A DNA stretch of 64,000 nt, taken from Saccostrea cucullata (Eukaryota). The number at the start of each line of letters is the position of its first letter. The first letter of the stretch is position 1. The stretch spans positions 124,001 to 188,000 of the forward strand of contig NW_026932876.1 in the NCBI RefSeq assembly GCF_032062105.1, read 5' to 3'. The translations under genes and the position numbers were made by a program. Below, piece by piece: positions 1-13,683 of the stretch. Under the pieces are notes generated by a model. The model saw only the letters and a program-made list of their open reading frames with translations, did no database searches and had not been told where the DNA came from.

Positions 1-722
1 TACATTTGATTCTATCATTGTAATTATATTCCACATATGATTCTATCATTGTATTAAACCTACATTTGATTCTACAATGTGTATATCTAACAACTAATCC
101 AGAAATGGTCATTCCTCTTCATTCTAGGCATCTGATCTAAGTTCTCCTATAGTTATGGTTAAGATCCTAAACTTGACCCTTTGATTTTATAGGTGTATTA
201 CATAATAACAGAAATCGGACTGAATAACAGTAATGTTACATCCTAAATCAGAATAACTATACATAACCTTCAGTTCCAGCCTAATGCATGTATTACGAGT
301 TATATTCATGCAAGTGTATCAAAATTAAATGCTAATTAATACATGTACGATTGCTTTTAGCTATCTTACAAATCTTCTCTAGCTGTCAATTATGCATTAA
401 GTTCATGTGTAGAATATTAAACACGTTTAAATGCCACTTGATAATACAGTAATAATCCGCGAGTGTGATTTTGTTTTTATTTCACTTCTTCAATGAAAAC
501 ACAATGTGTATTGATTTTCTGGCATTACATGACACTCCTTAAAATTAAAAACACAGATCTCGCCTCCACATTACTGTACCAGATAAAGCCAAAGATAGTA
601 AAACACTCACTGACTCTGTTCAGGACATTAGTACAAAATAATTATCATTATCTTCATTAGGTTTCTGTTTCCTTTTTAAATAAAATTTCTGAAATACAGA
701 TATATAATTCATATATATTGTT

Positions 723-951
723 AGGGCCAAAATAAAATTATAGTTTGTTTGGAAATTACCCCCCTCCTGAAAAAATTTTAATGACCAAAAGTAGGAAGAT
801 TTTTTTTTATTTAATCAAGGTTTTTGCCTTTTACATGTATCACATACAAAACACTGAAATAAAGTGTCAGATCTATGTAAAATTAGGTTTTCAATATATA
901 TGAAACCCTTCAGGCGGCAATTCCAAACAAACAATTTTTTAAGGATGGCCT
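723..951. mobile_element. Degenerate MITE (possibly PIF/Harbinger-type)
   Basis: Imperfect inverted ends: AGGGCCAAAATAAAATTATAGTTTGTTTGGAAATT and AATTCCAAACAAACAATTTTTTAAGGATGGCCT. Confidence 0.4.
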
Positions 952-3521
952 AGTGTTAAATAATGTACAAGTGACCATGAAGTAGTATATTATCACACCA
1001 TTATATCACATTATCTTATGTAATACATTGTATTGCATATATGGTATGCAAATATAGTTTTTGAAAAATGATAGTGGGTTTTACTGATTAGATGAAAACA
1101 AAACTGAATATGCTGATACAAGCAACAACTGTGAGGAAGCCTGCATTGTATTGCAGAACCTGGGGCCATGTTGTAAAAGACTGTATCCCCAGGGGGCCAG
1201 GACCGATTAGTACCAAGGTGTCAGGGACATCATGTTATAATATACACAAGACTGTCACCATAGGATGCATATTGGGTGCTGTAAACAAGGATCTATTGGT
1301 TTGATAGTTTGTTGAAAAAAAGTAAACAAAACAATCAACAATTTCTAGTGTTTCTTCTGCCTAGCAATTTCATATGCAAGATTTGAAATCTAATAAAGAA
1401 AAACCCTAAGTTTCCAATACTTTATGGTTTGGGTGTACAAAACAGAAAAAGTTTTTGTTTTACACTGTGTACACAATGTAACTTATGGATCTGTTTACTA
1501 ACTGACATCAAGTATACAAGCCTGACCTCAAAACATTTTCAGAATGTGATCCAACTGGGTTAATTTGAATTATTTTTACATTTAATTCAGTTGATGTAGG
1601 GATTCTTCAAAATCACTTGACTGCTTTAGACAGTGGTATTCCCCCTCCCTCCTTCTCCCTCCTATTGCCCTATAGTCAACAACTGGTAAATTTCAATGAG
1701 ACAAATTCAAAGCAAATGTTATTTCTTATTATCAATAAATACATTTGTGCAATGGCATATTTGAAAGAGGGCAAAATTGATCTCTAGTGCCAAAAAGCAA
1801 AAATTACAGGGGGTGGGGGTGAGTGATCCTTAAATTCAAAGCAAATGTAAATTTTTCCGAGGAAGAAATTTTCATATTTACCTATACATCATTAAATTTA
1901 TGTAACTTATAATTTATTTCCATTTGCTGCATTGAATGAATAAAGACTATATGTATTAATATATGTTTTATTTTTCCTCCATAAACTGTCATAAAGTCAT
2001 ACAGAGGGCAACACAATTGATTACTGGTACATTACAAAAAATACTGCTGAATAAACAATCTGTTACAATAAATAGAAATTACAATGTGCTGTAAGTCACA
2101 GCTAAAACCGAAATTTAACAAACTCATAGCCGTTTGTCATATAGGAGGAAACATGAGGAATTGTGTAAAAGCAAGAGTCTAACCGCAATGGAAAATAAAA
2201 AGACGGATTGTATTTTCGAAACGTTCCTAATGTTTTATGGGTATTTTAACGCCCACAAACCCACATTTTTATTTAATACATTTGAGAATTTGCTTTAATT
2301 TTAGCTTTACGATCATTTTTTTTAACTTATAAAACAGATAAACAAGAAACATAGCCAAGCCTCACTTATGCCAATTCTATTCAATTGCCCATCTGAACTG
2401 ATCCTGACACCCCAGCCTCACTTATATTCTATTCAATTGCCCATCTGTAAATGGATCTTCTGAAGATAAAAATCAGTAAACTAACTGTAGAAACAAATTT
2501 GTGTGAAGGGCTGATGAGTTTAGCTGGTTTAATTATTTAACATTGGGTCAGTCTAATGTATAAAACATTGCAGTACTAAGCGTGTGTTCTGGGTTGTCCT
2601 TAAGACGTGGGGATGGGGAATTTCTCTGCCTATAATGTCACGACTCCCATTATTCTGGTATTCTACCTCAATCCCATAAAGAACCCCAAACCCCGTTTCT
2701 ACTTTTTATATGCCCCTTGCTTCTTCAATTCTTGGAGCTAACCCCTGTTATTTCTTTACATCACTTATTTCCATTGCTTCTTGAATATACATTGTACTTT
2801 TCCCCATATATTCACATTTTTGAGAAAATGACAAAGTATACAACAACCAATATCCCATCACAGTTCAACTCCACGGGACTGAGATGATGTTAAATCAAAC
2901 AACAAATATGTATCCTTCATTGTTCTATACAGGTAGATGAATGCCATCTAATAAAATTATAATTATTTGCTTCAGTCTAAAAATTCCTATGCACTGTAAT
3001 TCATACTTATTCCCATGACTAAATTAGCACTGGACAGAAAACCTAACAACAGTGAATTAGTGACAATCAACACTCATCAAGAAAACATATGGAGTAAAAT
3101 ATGGCTGTCAAATCAGCAGCAGACAATAGTAAACTCTTGTTTATATCGAAAATCTTCATTCTTTTTAACTAGCCTTATTCAAGTCTATATTTAACCTCAA
3201 TGGACAGTGAGTTGGACATCTTTTCAGCGACAACATCCAACATTTCCAAAAATGGACAAAGCCATATTGCCAAAGTTTGTGACTGGCAGCACGTACTGCA
3301 AATCTCGTTAAAAATGTCCTCAAACATTAAAATTAGAAACAAAATTCTAAAAAAGTTAAATGAACAACATACTTTCATTGAATTTAAGGTAAATAAATGG
3401 AAGATAAGTCCAGGGCCAGTCTTTATCGGACATATTGTTGAGTAGGCAAAATTTCGTCCATTCGCATTTCCCACTTTTCAGTACAATTTCTCTAAAACTG
3501 TGGCATGTAAAAACTTCTTAC

Positions 3522-3653
3522 CTTGCATTTAAGTAAATCTTCTATCGCCTTTAATGCGGAATCCGTTAATTTTACATGGACTACGCTTTTTTGCTCGTTA
3601 TTTGCTGAAGTGGAAGATAGCCCATACTTTTCACCCTCCACCAGCGTAGCCAT
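3522..3653 (-). CDS. ELL: RNA polymerase II elongation factor ELL, first coding exon (no further exon recognised; gene probably continues left of the window)
   Basis: Translates to MATLVEGEKYGLSSTSANNEQKSVVHVKLTDSALKAIEDLLKCK, matching the ELL N-terminus (YGLS...HVKLTDSAL). 132 nt ending at a phase-0 donor AAG|GTAAGA. Absent from the ORF track. Confidence 0.9.
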
Positions 3654-3659
3654 TATTGG

Positions 3660-3725
3660 AGCTCTTCAATGTGCATTTCCCGTAGGGGGCGATTTCAAAA
3701 TGCGTAATGGTCCACTTCCGGTCTA
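3660..3725 (-). promoter_or_regulatory. ELL proximal promoter/5' UTR with ETS (GABP/ELK-type) site
   Basis: CCACTTCCGG (=CCGGAAGTGG) at ~3712-3721, about 60 bp upstream of the ELL ATG, in a locally CpG-richer patch. Confidence 0.5.
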
Positions 3726-3932
3726 AATAATCTTAAGAGAAAAATGTGCCTATTACTCGCAACCTATTTGAGCTTGAAGTTTTCCTTACAATTATTACAT
3801 AAAATCAAACACAAGCTTTTCCATTTAAAGTGAAATAAGCATTTTTATATCGATGTCATAAATTGCATTTTGAGATATCCATCTTGATTGGGTTTCCTGC
3901 GACAGAACCAATCGCATCCATGGATATTTTTA

Positions 3933-3967
<35 letters not shown>
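3933..3967. repeat. (AG)n microsatellite
   Basis: Seen directly. Confidence 0.9.
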
Positions 3968-5532
3968 TTTCAGTGCGATATTATAGCTGAGTGTCCTATT
4001 TTTTTGTTGTTGTTCACATTATTTTAATCAGCTCAATATGCACTACATATTATCGTATGCTTGTACGTTATATCTTTTTAGTGTTTGGATAAAAATAAAC
4101 TTATAGTGCATGCATCTAATCATGCATTATTCTTATTCTTAAAAAAAAAAGCTTTCTCTCATAAATTTAGAAAATTTATGCTTCTGAAATATTATGTACT
4201 AGCATAACAATAATTTAAAAAAAAATATCTTACATGTGTAGACTGAGTTAAATATATATTCAATATAAAAGTACTCAAAATGTAAAATAACGTTATAAAA
4301 ACCGTTACGATCAAATTACCGGTGTTGACAATTACACGAATTGTTTGAGGAAGTACTGAATACCTGTGTCTCCAAAACTTTTACAGGTGTGCACGCGTTC
4401 TCTGCATTTCTCTATATTTGACAGCACGTACCGGTTATAATCATATAATTGCTACAGGCAGGTACAAAACGAGCCTAACATGTGTGATCACATTTATGTA
4501 ACTACACACGGTTATACTGGGGGGTTACATGTTACTACTTACAAGATAAGAAATATATTAACAGATTAAGTCATTCCTCGGTGTAGTGACAGTCCAACAG
4601 CCTGCAATAGACTAAGTATACTTCTAATCCAGAAAAAAGGGTTTTTGTGTCTTGATTCGGTAGGTTTTTTAAATAGTATTCGACTAAAATTTTTTAATTA
4701 CACAAGGCCTTCAAACAAATAAATAAGCTGAAACAAGAAAATATAGTGCAAACTCCCCCCCCCCCCCTTCCCCCTTTAAAAAAAAACGCACTCAGAATCG
4801 GACCAATGAAGGAAGGGGGATAACTCCAACAATGCTAATTATGCATTTCACCCCACAGACTGACGTTTCCTCAAGACTTTCAAACAAGTATCTCAACCAC
4901 ACCTCATATATCCAGAGTTGTATTTTTGTTTGTTATCAAGGTTATTTTTCTCTTCTTTTCTTATTTTTTTTTTTTAAATATTTCATGGTGTGTGTGTGTG
5001 GGGGTGGGGGGGGTGGGGGGGGGGGGTTTGGGTTACATCTATATTTTGGTGAACGTGCTTTCCTTCGAAAGAGTCGTAGATCGAATTCTATTTTCAAAGA
5101 ACGACCTCTATCATATACGGGGGAAAAATAAAATTTTCATGATATTACTAAGCTGGCAGCTGTGATAAAAATGAACCTCTTTACTCTCAATTTTTATGTA
5201 CACTGGTTTGTTTATATGTAACATTTTTAAATTGTATTTTTTCTTTATGTCCAAAAACGTACTAGATATGTCAAATTGAGCATAAAATGTGGCTCAGATG
5301 TGCATAAGTAGTCCATAGACCTCTCAGTGGCTCTAGTAAAAAAAAAAAAGCCAAATTGATCTCCTCACTAGGACAAGGAATTGAAAAACCTTATTGCATA
5401 TTCAGAGTACACCATCCGGCAATCATTTGCACAAAAAATGAATTGACCATTTTGTAAATAGGCGTTTTCTGACGAAGATTTTTGTAGGAATAATTGGGGT
5501 TATATTCCTATCCACAATGAGCACCAGGAAAG

Positions 5533-7500
5533 ACAAGATGTGTTTGTAAAACACTGATGCCCCCGTATGGCAGCTTTTGCTGAAGTAAAGTTCAAATGTG
5601 AATCAAACTCCAAAGTCAAGAACTGAAAAACCCAAAGAAAGGACTTGTCTCGTTGAATATACCCGTGAAATATGACAGCTCGTCCACTAATCATTCAAAG
5701 GATATGGCCAATGTTATTTTATTTCTTGTGCAAATATGGTTCAATTCGAAGGGTAAATGATTAAAGTAAAGGTACCCAGGGGAAGGGCTTAAATTGTCAC
5801 AAAATACACATGCAAAATAAGTCTCTGCACCGGTCAGAGTCAGTTATGACCAAAGTGATTGTTTTACAAAAGTAAATCAAATTCAAAGGTCAAGGACTAA
5901 AGGACAAAATTCTAGTCAAAAGTTCTAGTCAAAAGTTATGCCAAAGGTCAACGTTTTTCAAGAGTGGGTCAAATTCAAAGATCAAGGTCAAAAATAGTTA
6001 AATCCATTAAAAGGTCTTATGACAATGAATACACTGTAAAAATTGCGTTTAGGATTTAAACACTTCCATGACGTGTTTAGATCTAAACATGTATAGAAAT
6101 ATGTTTAACAACTTAACACTTATGTCTAAACATGTTTTATATCTGAACGTGTTTAGAAATTAAACACCTTCTGATGTAAAGTACAGAGTTATCTTCCCGG
6201 AAATGACACAAAATACTCGTATATTTGAACGTTAATTTGAGCGGCCATCGAAACAAAGCAAATCACAAAAAGCTTATGTGACGTATCAAGGAGAATTACT
6301 GACAACCCACAGGATAACCATGAAGAAATATTGAAAATCATTTGAAAGGCACCTTCATACTGTATTATATCAAAGGTATGTTTCCTTTTTCTACAGATTT
6401 ACATTTATAAACGACGATGAGAAATGTAAACAGTGACTTGGGGTAGTTAATAAACTTGTAGGAGAGGAGTTAATATTGCTTTTCATTAAAAATAACCATT
6501 TTAATATCAGTATAGTTTCAATACATCTTGAAAAATTGATGTCAACTTCAGTGGGCAGCGTACGATACTTTCGCTTAAATCTGACTTTCTTTCATACAGG
6601 TTTTGTGAATAGTCCAGATCGAACTTAAAGCATGTTTCAAGTACATGTACCCGGCGTCATCTTCAAGTGCAAATTGTTCTTCCATGATCCACGCTAAGAA
6701 ACGTATTCTTATGAAGTGCATTGGATTACCCCTAATTCGGCAATGTTCGACAGTTTTGAATACATGTACCTTAAATAATTCTTGTGCATTTGAAATGGAT
6801 TACTTTTCGGCAGTTACTGATGGGATATTATATATCATGTGGTGCTATGTGGTGCTTTATGACTGCTGAAAGTTAATCAAGTTTGATATTTTGGTGAACG
6901 ACATATGGTAAACTCTGCAACCAATTGAAACTGTAATTAATCAAAATTATGTATAAAAAATAAACATTATGTAATTTTAATTTAAATATCTTTAATAAAG
7001 CATTTAAAAAAGATTCAGTGAATTTTTATCTAAAATTGCCAGCTTATTTTTTTTTGACAATAATATTATGTGTTCTTTGTGTCAAAATTTACAGATGTTT
7101 ATAGTTTTTTCTGCAGGTACACTTGTTTTAATGTGTCAAATCTAGATATGTTTATTTTCTAAGCACAGGGGGGGGGAAATGTGTTTAGAATCTATACACT
7201 TTTTAAGCCTTTTTTGTCACCTTCTTTTTTATATGTTTAATTCCTAAACATGTAAAATTTCTAAACATGTATGAGAAAGTGTTTAGTATCTAAACACGTA
7301 TGTGCTTCGATTCTAAACACTTTCTCAAATGTGTTTAGAAATTGAACATGTTTAGGATTTAAACGTATAAAAAAGAAGGTGACAAAAAAGTGTTTAGAAA
7401 AGTGTTTGGATTCTAAACACATTTCTTACAGTGTATACATGTGAAGCAAGAAAGCCCAAGCCCTAACTGTTCAAAAGTTATGGCTAAGGCTAATTTTTGG
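5533..7500 (+). mobile_element. Truncated non-autonomous Helentron/Helitron-like element, interrupted by a CACTG-ended transposon
   Basis: Starts ACAAGATGTGTTTGTAAAACACTGATGCCCCCGTATGGC, nearly identical to the element at 14442. Carries the same CAAAAGTTATG...GGTCAAA core repeats, and the core resumes after 7433. Confidence 0.7.
6032..7433. mobile_element. Non-autonomous CMC/EnSpm-like DNA transposon
   Basis: Termini CACTGTAA...TTACAGTG, 2-bp TA TSD, many subterminal TGTTTAG/CTAAACA repeats. Confidence 0.75.
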
Positions 7501-7981
7501 TACATCTTTATTGCTAGCGCTCTCGAGCCATATTCCTGGAATACGCATGCTCGGCTTCACGCGGTCGGGCATTCTGGGAAAACTTCACGGTCTAGCTGTG
7601 AAAACTACTATAGATAGACTGTACGATAACAATTTCGTTGTGTCATTAGATTATACTGGCCTTTTTCTGTTTGATTCTGGAGTTTATCAATTTATTGTGT
7701 AACTTATACTTTCAAACTAAATACACAACAAAAACTTAGGTCGAATAATGCCAAGATTCTAGACATATCTAGCTTGCGAGTTATACCACCTTCCTGGATA
7801 ATATGTCAACAACTAATAATGAAGGTTTCATTTTTCGAAACAAAATCAACAATAAAATTGTGAGCACGTCCATATAAAAAAACCACAGCTTTACAATCAA
7901 TGCCATCAAGCGGTTTAATATATGTGTTCAAACTCAATGTCATAGTTAATCATAAATCAAAAAAATATTATACATGCAGAT

Positions 7982-8645
7982 TTACAATTTGTTGGAATAG
8001 AGATTATTCTGCGTTTTCATGAATTCCGTTTTCTCCCTCCTGTAACATCTAAATACCCCAAAACAGAACAAACCCAACACCATTATTCCTAACATTGACC
8101 CAAAGATGATGGCTAAGTCGTGGTCAAAACTGTCTGAGGTATCCTTGCTGGACACTGCTACTTGAATTGTAGTTTGTCTTGTTGTCACTGTTGAGTGTTT
8201 ACTGGGCGTCAAAGTATGTAATAAACCTGTTGTTTTTCTTGTTGTTGTTGGTGCCGATGAGGTTGTTGTTTTCGCCCGTACTGTTCTCAATGACGAAGTT
8301 ACGGTTGCTTCTGTGGTCTGTGATTGTCTCAAAGATGTTTTCATTTGAACTGTTCTTGATTCCTTTGCTCCCGTTGAAGACCTGAATACATCCTGTACTG
8401 TGGTATCTGGGGACCTCTCACTTGATGCCACAATTGCCGTTTTTTCATAAACTTGCAAGGTAGGTAATGTTGCAGTTGCTAGAGATATTGAAATGATACC
8501 AGTATATTCATATGTACTGGAATTGTGTGGCTAGCAACGTCAGTGCTTTTTGCTATGGACGATGGAACTGATGTTTTACAGTTGATAACCTGACAAAAGA
8601 CAAAAGTTATCAAGTTATGATAAGAATTTTGTATTCTAAATGCAT
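7982..8645 (-). pseudogene. Thr/Ser-rich single-pass membrane protein, paralogue of 17441-18493, with apparent frameshifts in the 5' part (pseudogene or assembly indels)
   Basis: C-terminal ORF ends DHDLAIIFGSMLGIMVLGLFCFGVFRCYRREK...NKL, homologous to the 350-aa ORF. The upstream ATG at 8645 gives a signal-peptide-like MHLEYKILIIT/LITFVFCQVINC only across a 1-nt shift, and a second shift is needed near 8525. Confidence 0.65.
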
Positions 8646-9186
8646 TAATTCAGCAAAGAAAACAAGTTATTCTGAGTATAAATAATAATACATGTACCAT
8701 GTGTATGATTATTATTTCTTATATCTTTAGAAAACTATTTTTTGTGTGAGCAAAGTCCTTTGAGTCACCTTGTCATGCGGAGTTCCCGAGTCCTCCGCTG
8801 ACCTCTTTCCAATGATGTGGCCCTCACCTGGATGGGTCACTGAGGGATGACAAGGGTCACGGACACTTTGAGCCTACAGAAGAGTAATCACCAGTGTATA
8901 AGATGACGATCATAGAACACCTAAGACAACACTAAAAATGAACTCCCTAAGACCAATTGAGACTGTTTTTTCTTCATTCACACAAATTTCAAATACAATC
9001 ACAATTATATACAAGAAGGAAAACAATTGTGTGAAAGAATTTTTAAGAGATTAAGGAAAAAATGGAAGAGGAGAGGAGAAATAGGGGGAAGAAAGAGGGG
9101 TGAAAAAGAATGGACAATTAATGAACTTTTTAAAAAAAACTGTTCATAAATAAGGTTTTTGAGTTATTAGAATTTTTTAACAATTT

Positions 9187-10907
9187 CACTGTAAAAAATG
9201 TGCTTAGGAAATAAACACTACCATTACATGTTTAATATTATGTTTACCAACTAAACACTTCGGTCTAAAGTATTTAATACCTAAACATGTTTAGAAATTA
9301 AACACGTGTTTCATTCTTCAGTCAGTGAAATACGGAGTTGTCTTCCCGGAAATGATCGAGATATATTCAAACATGAATTAGCGCGGTTGTCGAACAAAGA
9401 AAATCACAGCATTAAGAGAAAACCGTTTATCCTATCAAAATGATAGAAATTCAAGATACAACTGTTGCAGATTAAGTGAAATACACGAGGGATGCTTCTT
9501 GAAAACTGTGATTTAGAAGGTTTGTATGATTTTATTTACACAAATTGAGCTTGACGAGAGAGGTAAACAATGTCAACAGTATTTGTTTATCATAGGATCT
9601 TGCATTCTTTACTTAAAGATACATGTACAAAATTAATGTACACCATTATTAATTGATACCGTTTTACTATTCATAATGTTATAAAATAATGGATATGTTT
9701 ATGGACGATAACTTTCAACGAAGAGCAAATATGTATCATATTATTATTAAAATACGATTAGTTTGTTGCATGTGTCCTCTACACACAAAGATATCTTGGA
9801 TACAATAAATAGAATGTTTTTACATAAAACCTAATTAATAATTGAAAATTATTTTATTTATTATAGAGAAAATGATGGAGAAGTTGAAAAAAGACTTTTA
9901 ACCACACAGAGAAAACATATACCTCCAGCAGAAAGGCTTGGGGCCAAAGAATCACTGGATTTGATCATTGATACATATGCAAGGTAAATTAATGCAACTT
10001 GTACTTTATTTGATTGTGTCTAAGTTGTTTGTTATCTATCTATTACATGCATATGTTAGAGGATTCTTCAGCCTTCCTCCCCCATGAACTGTTTCCTTCT
10101 TTCGTGTTAAGACTGAAATTTCTGTCCATTATATTTGTTTTGTTTGTATATTTTTTTTTATTTTACTATAATTATTTTTTGCAGAAAAAAAAACAACATT
10201 TTACTAAATGCAAGAAACGTAAGGATCCAGCCAAGTTGATGATCATCACAGAGGAAAGAATAGCATTATTGGAAGAGGACTGGAGATAATTTTTTGAACT
10301 CGTGAACCGGGCCTTTGTTGTGTTACTAAGCTCGGGACTTGAGATATCCCAAATACTTTCAAATTCTGGACGGTTTACGATTTGTATCTCGATGACATAG
10401 AAAACAAATAAGTGAAAAAAAACCTAAAAGACAAAAGACTTTGAAAACTGAAATACGTATTTCGGAGGTTTTGTGGCATACTGTATTGGATGTATGAGTT
10501 TGTTAAAAAATGACTTTTTATTCTTAGATGGATAAAATGTTAAACATTTTAATTTAATTTTCTAATAAACTAATAATAAAAATAAAATCAATCTGGAGTT
10601 CTTTGTAATTTGTATAGAGATAACTACGTTGTTTATTATAGGATCGTTATATTATAAGTGTACCATATTTGGATAATTATTCTTTAATTTTGATTGCATT
10701 TTATCATGTTTAATAGTTTAACGTATTTAAATTCTAAACACGTTTAGGCCGTAAATGCGAGCTTCAACATGCATATGTTTAGAAATTAAACGGATACCTA
10801 AATATGTTTAGAAAATAAATGTGTTTAAGTACTAAACATGTTAAAAATCTGTCTACAAGAATAGTGTTTAGAAAAATGTTGAGACTCTAAACACATTTTT
10901 TACAGTG
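9187..10907. mobile_element. Non-autonomous CMC/EnSpm-like DNA transposon related to 6032-7433
   Basis: CACTGTAAAAAATGTG...CACATTTTTTACAGTG with 2-bp TT TSD. Shares the internal motif GAGTT(A/G)TCTTCCCGGAAATGA and the subterminal repeats with the first copy. Confidence 0.75.
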
Positions 10908-12720
10908 TTCCTGCCAGTGCTTTGTAAATTCCTCAACAGTTTGAGATTGTTACTTACTATAACACTATTCACAAGTTTTCAAGCATTCTTTAGAGTCTCC
11001 TATAACCTTAGAAATGTTCTTCTATAGCTCTGGGATGATGTTACAAATTAAGATGATGTAACATCAATATCCAGCAATAATTGTATTTCAAGAAATTAAT
11101 CAGATTGATAAAGAAAATAATTTCAATCAAATTTATTTTTTCAAATTTTCAAAATTTTCAAATTATGTTCCACGATTCTTCATTTCTTTATAAAAATCTT
11201 ACAGTTCTGTTCATGGTTAGACAAAACTTCTCAATACCGAAACTAAAAATGTAGGGTGAACATTGTTCACAATAAGCTTGAGAACTTAGCATTTGTTGGT
11301 GCGTACATGTATTTTTAATCAATTTGGTCAATAATATAATGTAAGACAACTCTTTCACAAGACAGAAAGAATAGAATAAAAAACTCTCATTCAATAAAAT
11401 TTATTATGAGTAGTGTATCGTTACTTACATTGGAGAAGGAGTTGGTTATTGAAACAGACAAAACAAGAAAGAATTGGAGCACACGGACAGCCATCACACC
11501 AACAAAATCTTTCTCATCCATTCCTCATTGCTAAAAATACTATGTCTTATCAAAACGATGATATTATCCGGAAAAATAAACCGTATATATACGCCAGGTA
11601 AAAAAGGTCTTCCTTTGGCTTTCCTATATCAGGATTCCAAAGTTGTTAAGTTGTTGCCAACTAGTTTGGAAAAGGTTTAAAACTTTTAAAAGACATTTTT
11701 TATTCTTATCTTATCAAATGGTATAGGCTTTTTACAATTACTGTTTTTCCTTTAATTTGATAGTGAATGCAATAGGGATAGCGAGGATCCTTGTTTAAAA
11801 ACACAACATTCTGCGTTAATACATTTTCTTCCTTGGTGCGTAATTTCGGCTCCACTTGGTTCCACTGAGTATATGGATTTATGTCTTCTTGAAGGATGTG
11901 AGGCAAGGACCTTACTATAAAGAGAATTGCACGATGTTGAAGGACGATTTTATTTGCAAATTTGAATTGGAAAATTGTATCTACTATAATACTCTATCCC
12001 TGATCTCTCAGGTGTTTGCGAGGACAAACCCTAATTTTTTGTATTTCATTTGATTTTTTCTAGTTTGTGTAAAGTAACTATCAGTAACTGTAATCATTAC
12101 CATGATTACAGGTGTTTCAAACTTTCAGTGCAGCCTTATTGGAGCTGATCCAATTCACTTGGGTAACGAATATAACTAATTTAATTAGTATTACATGTTA
12201 CAACAAAAGACAACATCACAAACAGTATATTACAATTTAACTGAATTCTTGTATATTGTGAAACATAAACGTATTTTTATTATTATTATACTATGTTTAA
12301 AATTTATGAAAATTTGAATAGAAAAGTCAATTCAAGCATCTGATTTTAAAACTACAGGTATATCGTTTCCAGAACATAAAAATAAAGTTTGCTATGAAAA
12401 GTAGATGTATGATTTGTCTTTAATTTCATGATATGGTACAAAAACTTTATAGAAGTGTCCATGCCTATGAATGTTATTTGGCCACTCTATAAAGTATTTG
12501 CAGTTTGTTTCTTTCTCCAAAAATATGTGTAAATGGGATGAAAATGAACATATTTTCAATTTCAATTATTTTTTATGAGATGAGATTTTGGTCAATATTG
12601 ATCAAAGGTCATATCAATAAAATTTTTATTTAAGTAAAATCTCAGATCCTTTTGGAAATATTTAAAGTAGTCAAATTTAGTTTTTGTTGAAGATTGAAAA
12701 TATTGCTTTGCTATGAAGTA

Positions 12721-13683
12721 CGAGGGGTGATCAAAAAGTTTGCAAACTATCTCTATATCTACAAAACCACAATTCAGATTAGAATGAAATTCGATACACA
12801 CATAGCCATACACAAGGTCTATAGATAGCATATGCTTAATAAAGTTTCTCTCCTTGTTTGTGACGTCACAATGTGAAAATGAAGTCACTATTTAGTTCAC
12901 TTGTGACGAAAAATGGTTGTCTCAGTCGAACTCGTTCAACAAACGACTGTACAATTTATTGTAATATCTTAGAAATCCCTCTACAGTATCATATAATAAT
13001 TTGTACACAGTTTATTGAGATAAATGAGTTCCTATAAATTCAATTAATGATTGGATTAATCGTTTTAGTGAAGGAAGGCTGATGGTTAAAAATGATACTT
13101 GTCATCTTGCCCAGTGAAAGCAAGTTTGAAAAGATATGTATTTTTAATTAAGAAATTTGCTATCAAAGACCTCCAATTAGCACTTTGAAAAATAGTTGAA
13201 TATTTGAACAATGATATAAGTATTTTAAAAATACCTAAGATATCGTTTACTTTAGATTTTAAACATCTTAGATATGATAAAAAGGATGCACCCATTCTCT
13301 ATCCACCTTGAATAAAGGTCTCTCCTGAGACAGAAGATTTGTTTTAATGGTCGCCATGCTTAGTTTTGGAAAGGATGTTATTATCCACCCATTCTGTTGC
13401 CGAGATATGACCATTTCTGACAAATTAACTGTTCTTGTCATAAAATTAACTCACATGGAAAGAAATATAAAACTCGGAAAAATCTTTTAACTTTTGTGAC
13501 AGAACGCTACGGAGGGGGTCACGTGTCCGCCAATATCACGTGATTCGCGCATGCGCAGAACGGTGGTTGATGTGCATTAAAATCAGGGAGGATTAATTTA
13601 AAATATAATCAACATTAAAACCAAATATTGTTTCTTGTATGGAAGTTATTCAATTAGTTTGCGAACTTTTTGATCACCCCTTG
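12721..13683 (+). mobile_element. Degenerate, internally deleted mariner element
   Basis: TA|CGAGGGGTGATCAAAAAGTTTGCAAACTA...TAGTTTGCGAACTTTTTGATCACCCCTTG|TA. Remnant transposase words WINRFSEGR (~13052) and an HPPYSPDL-like stretch (~13385). Confidence 0.8.

Noticed and set aside
2355-2450. Short ~40-bp direct duplication (AGCCTCACTTAT..TTCTATTCAATTGCCCATCTG)
   Set aside because: Ordinary local slippage duplication in the ELL intron.
3175-3474. Overlapping short ORFs next to ELL exon 1
   Set aside because: They lie in ELL intron 1, with no ELL similarity or supporting splice signals.
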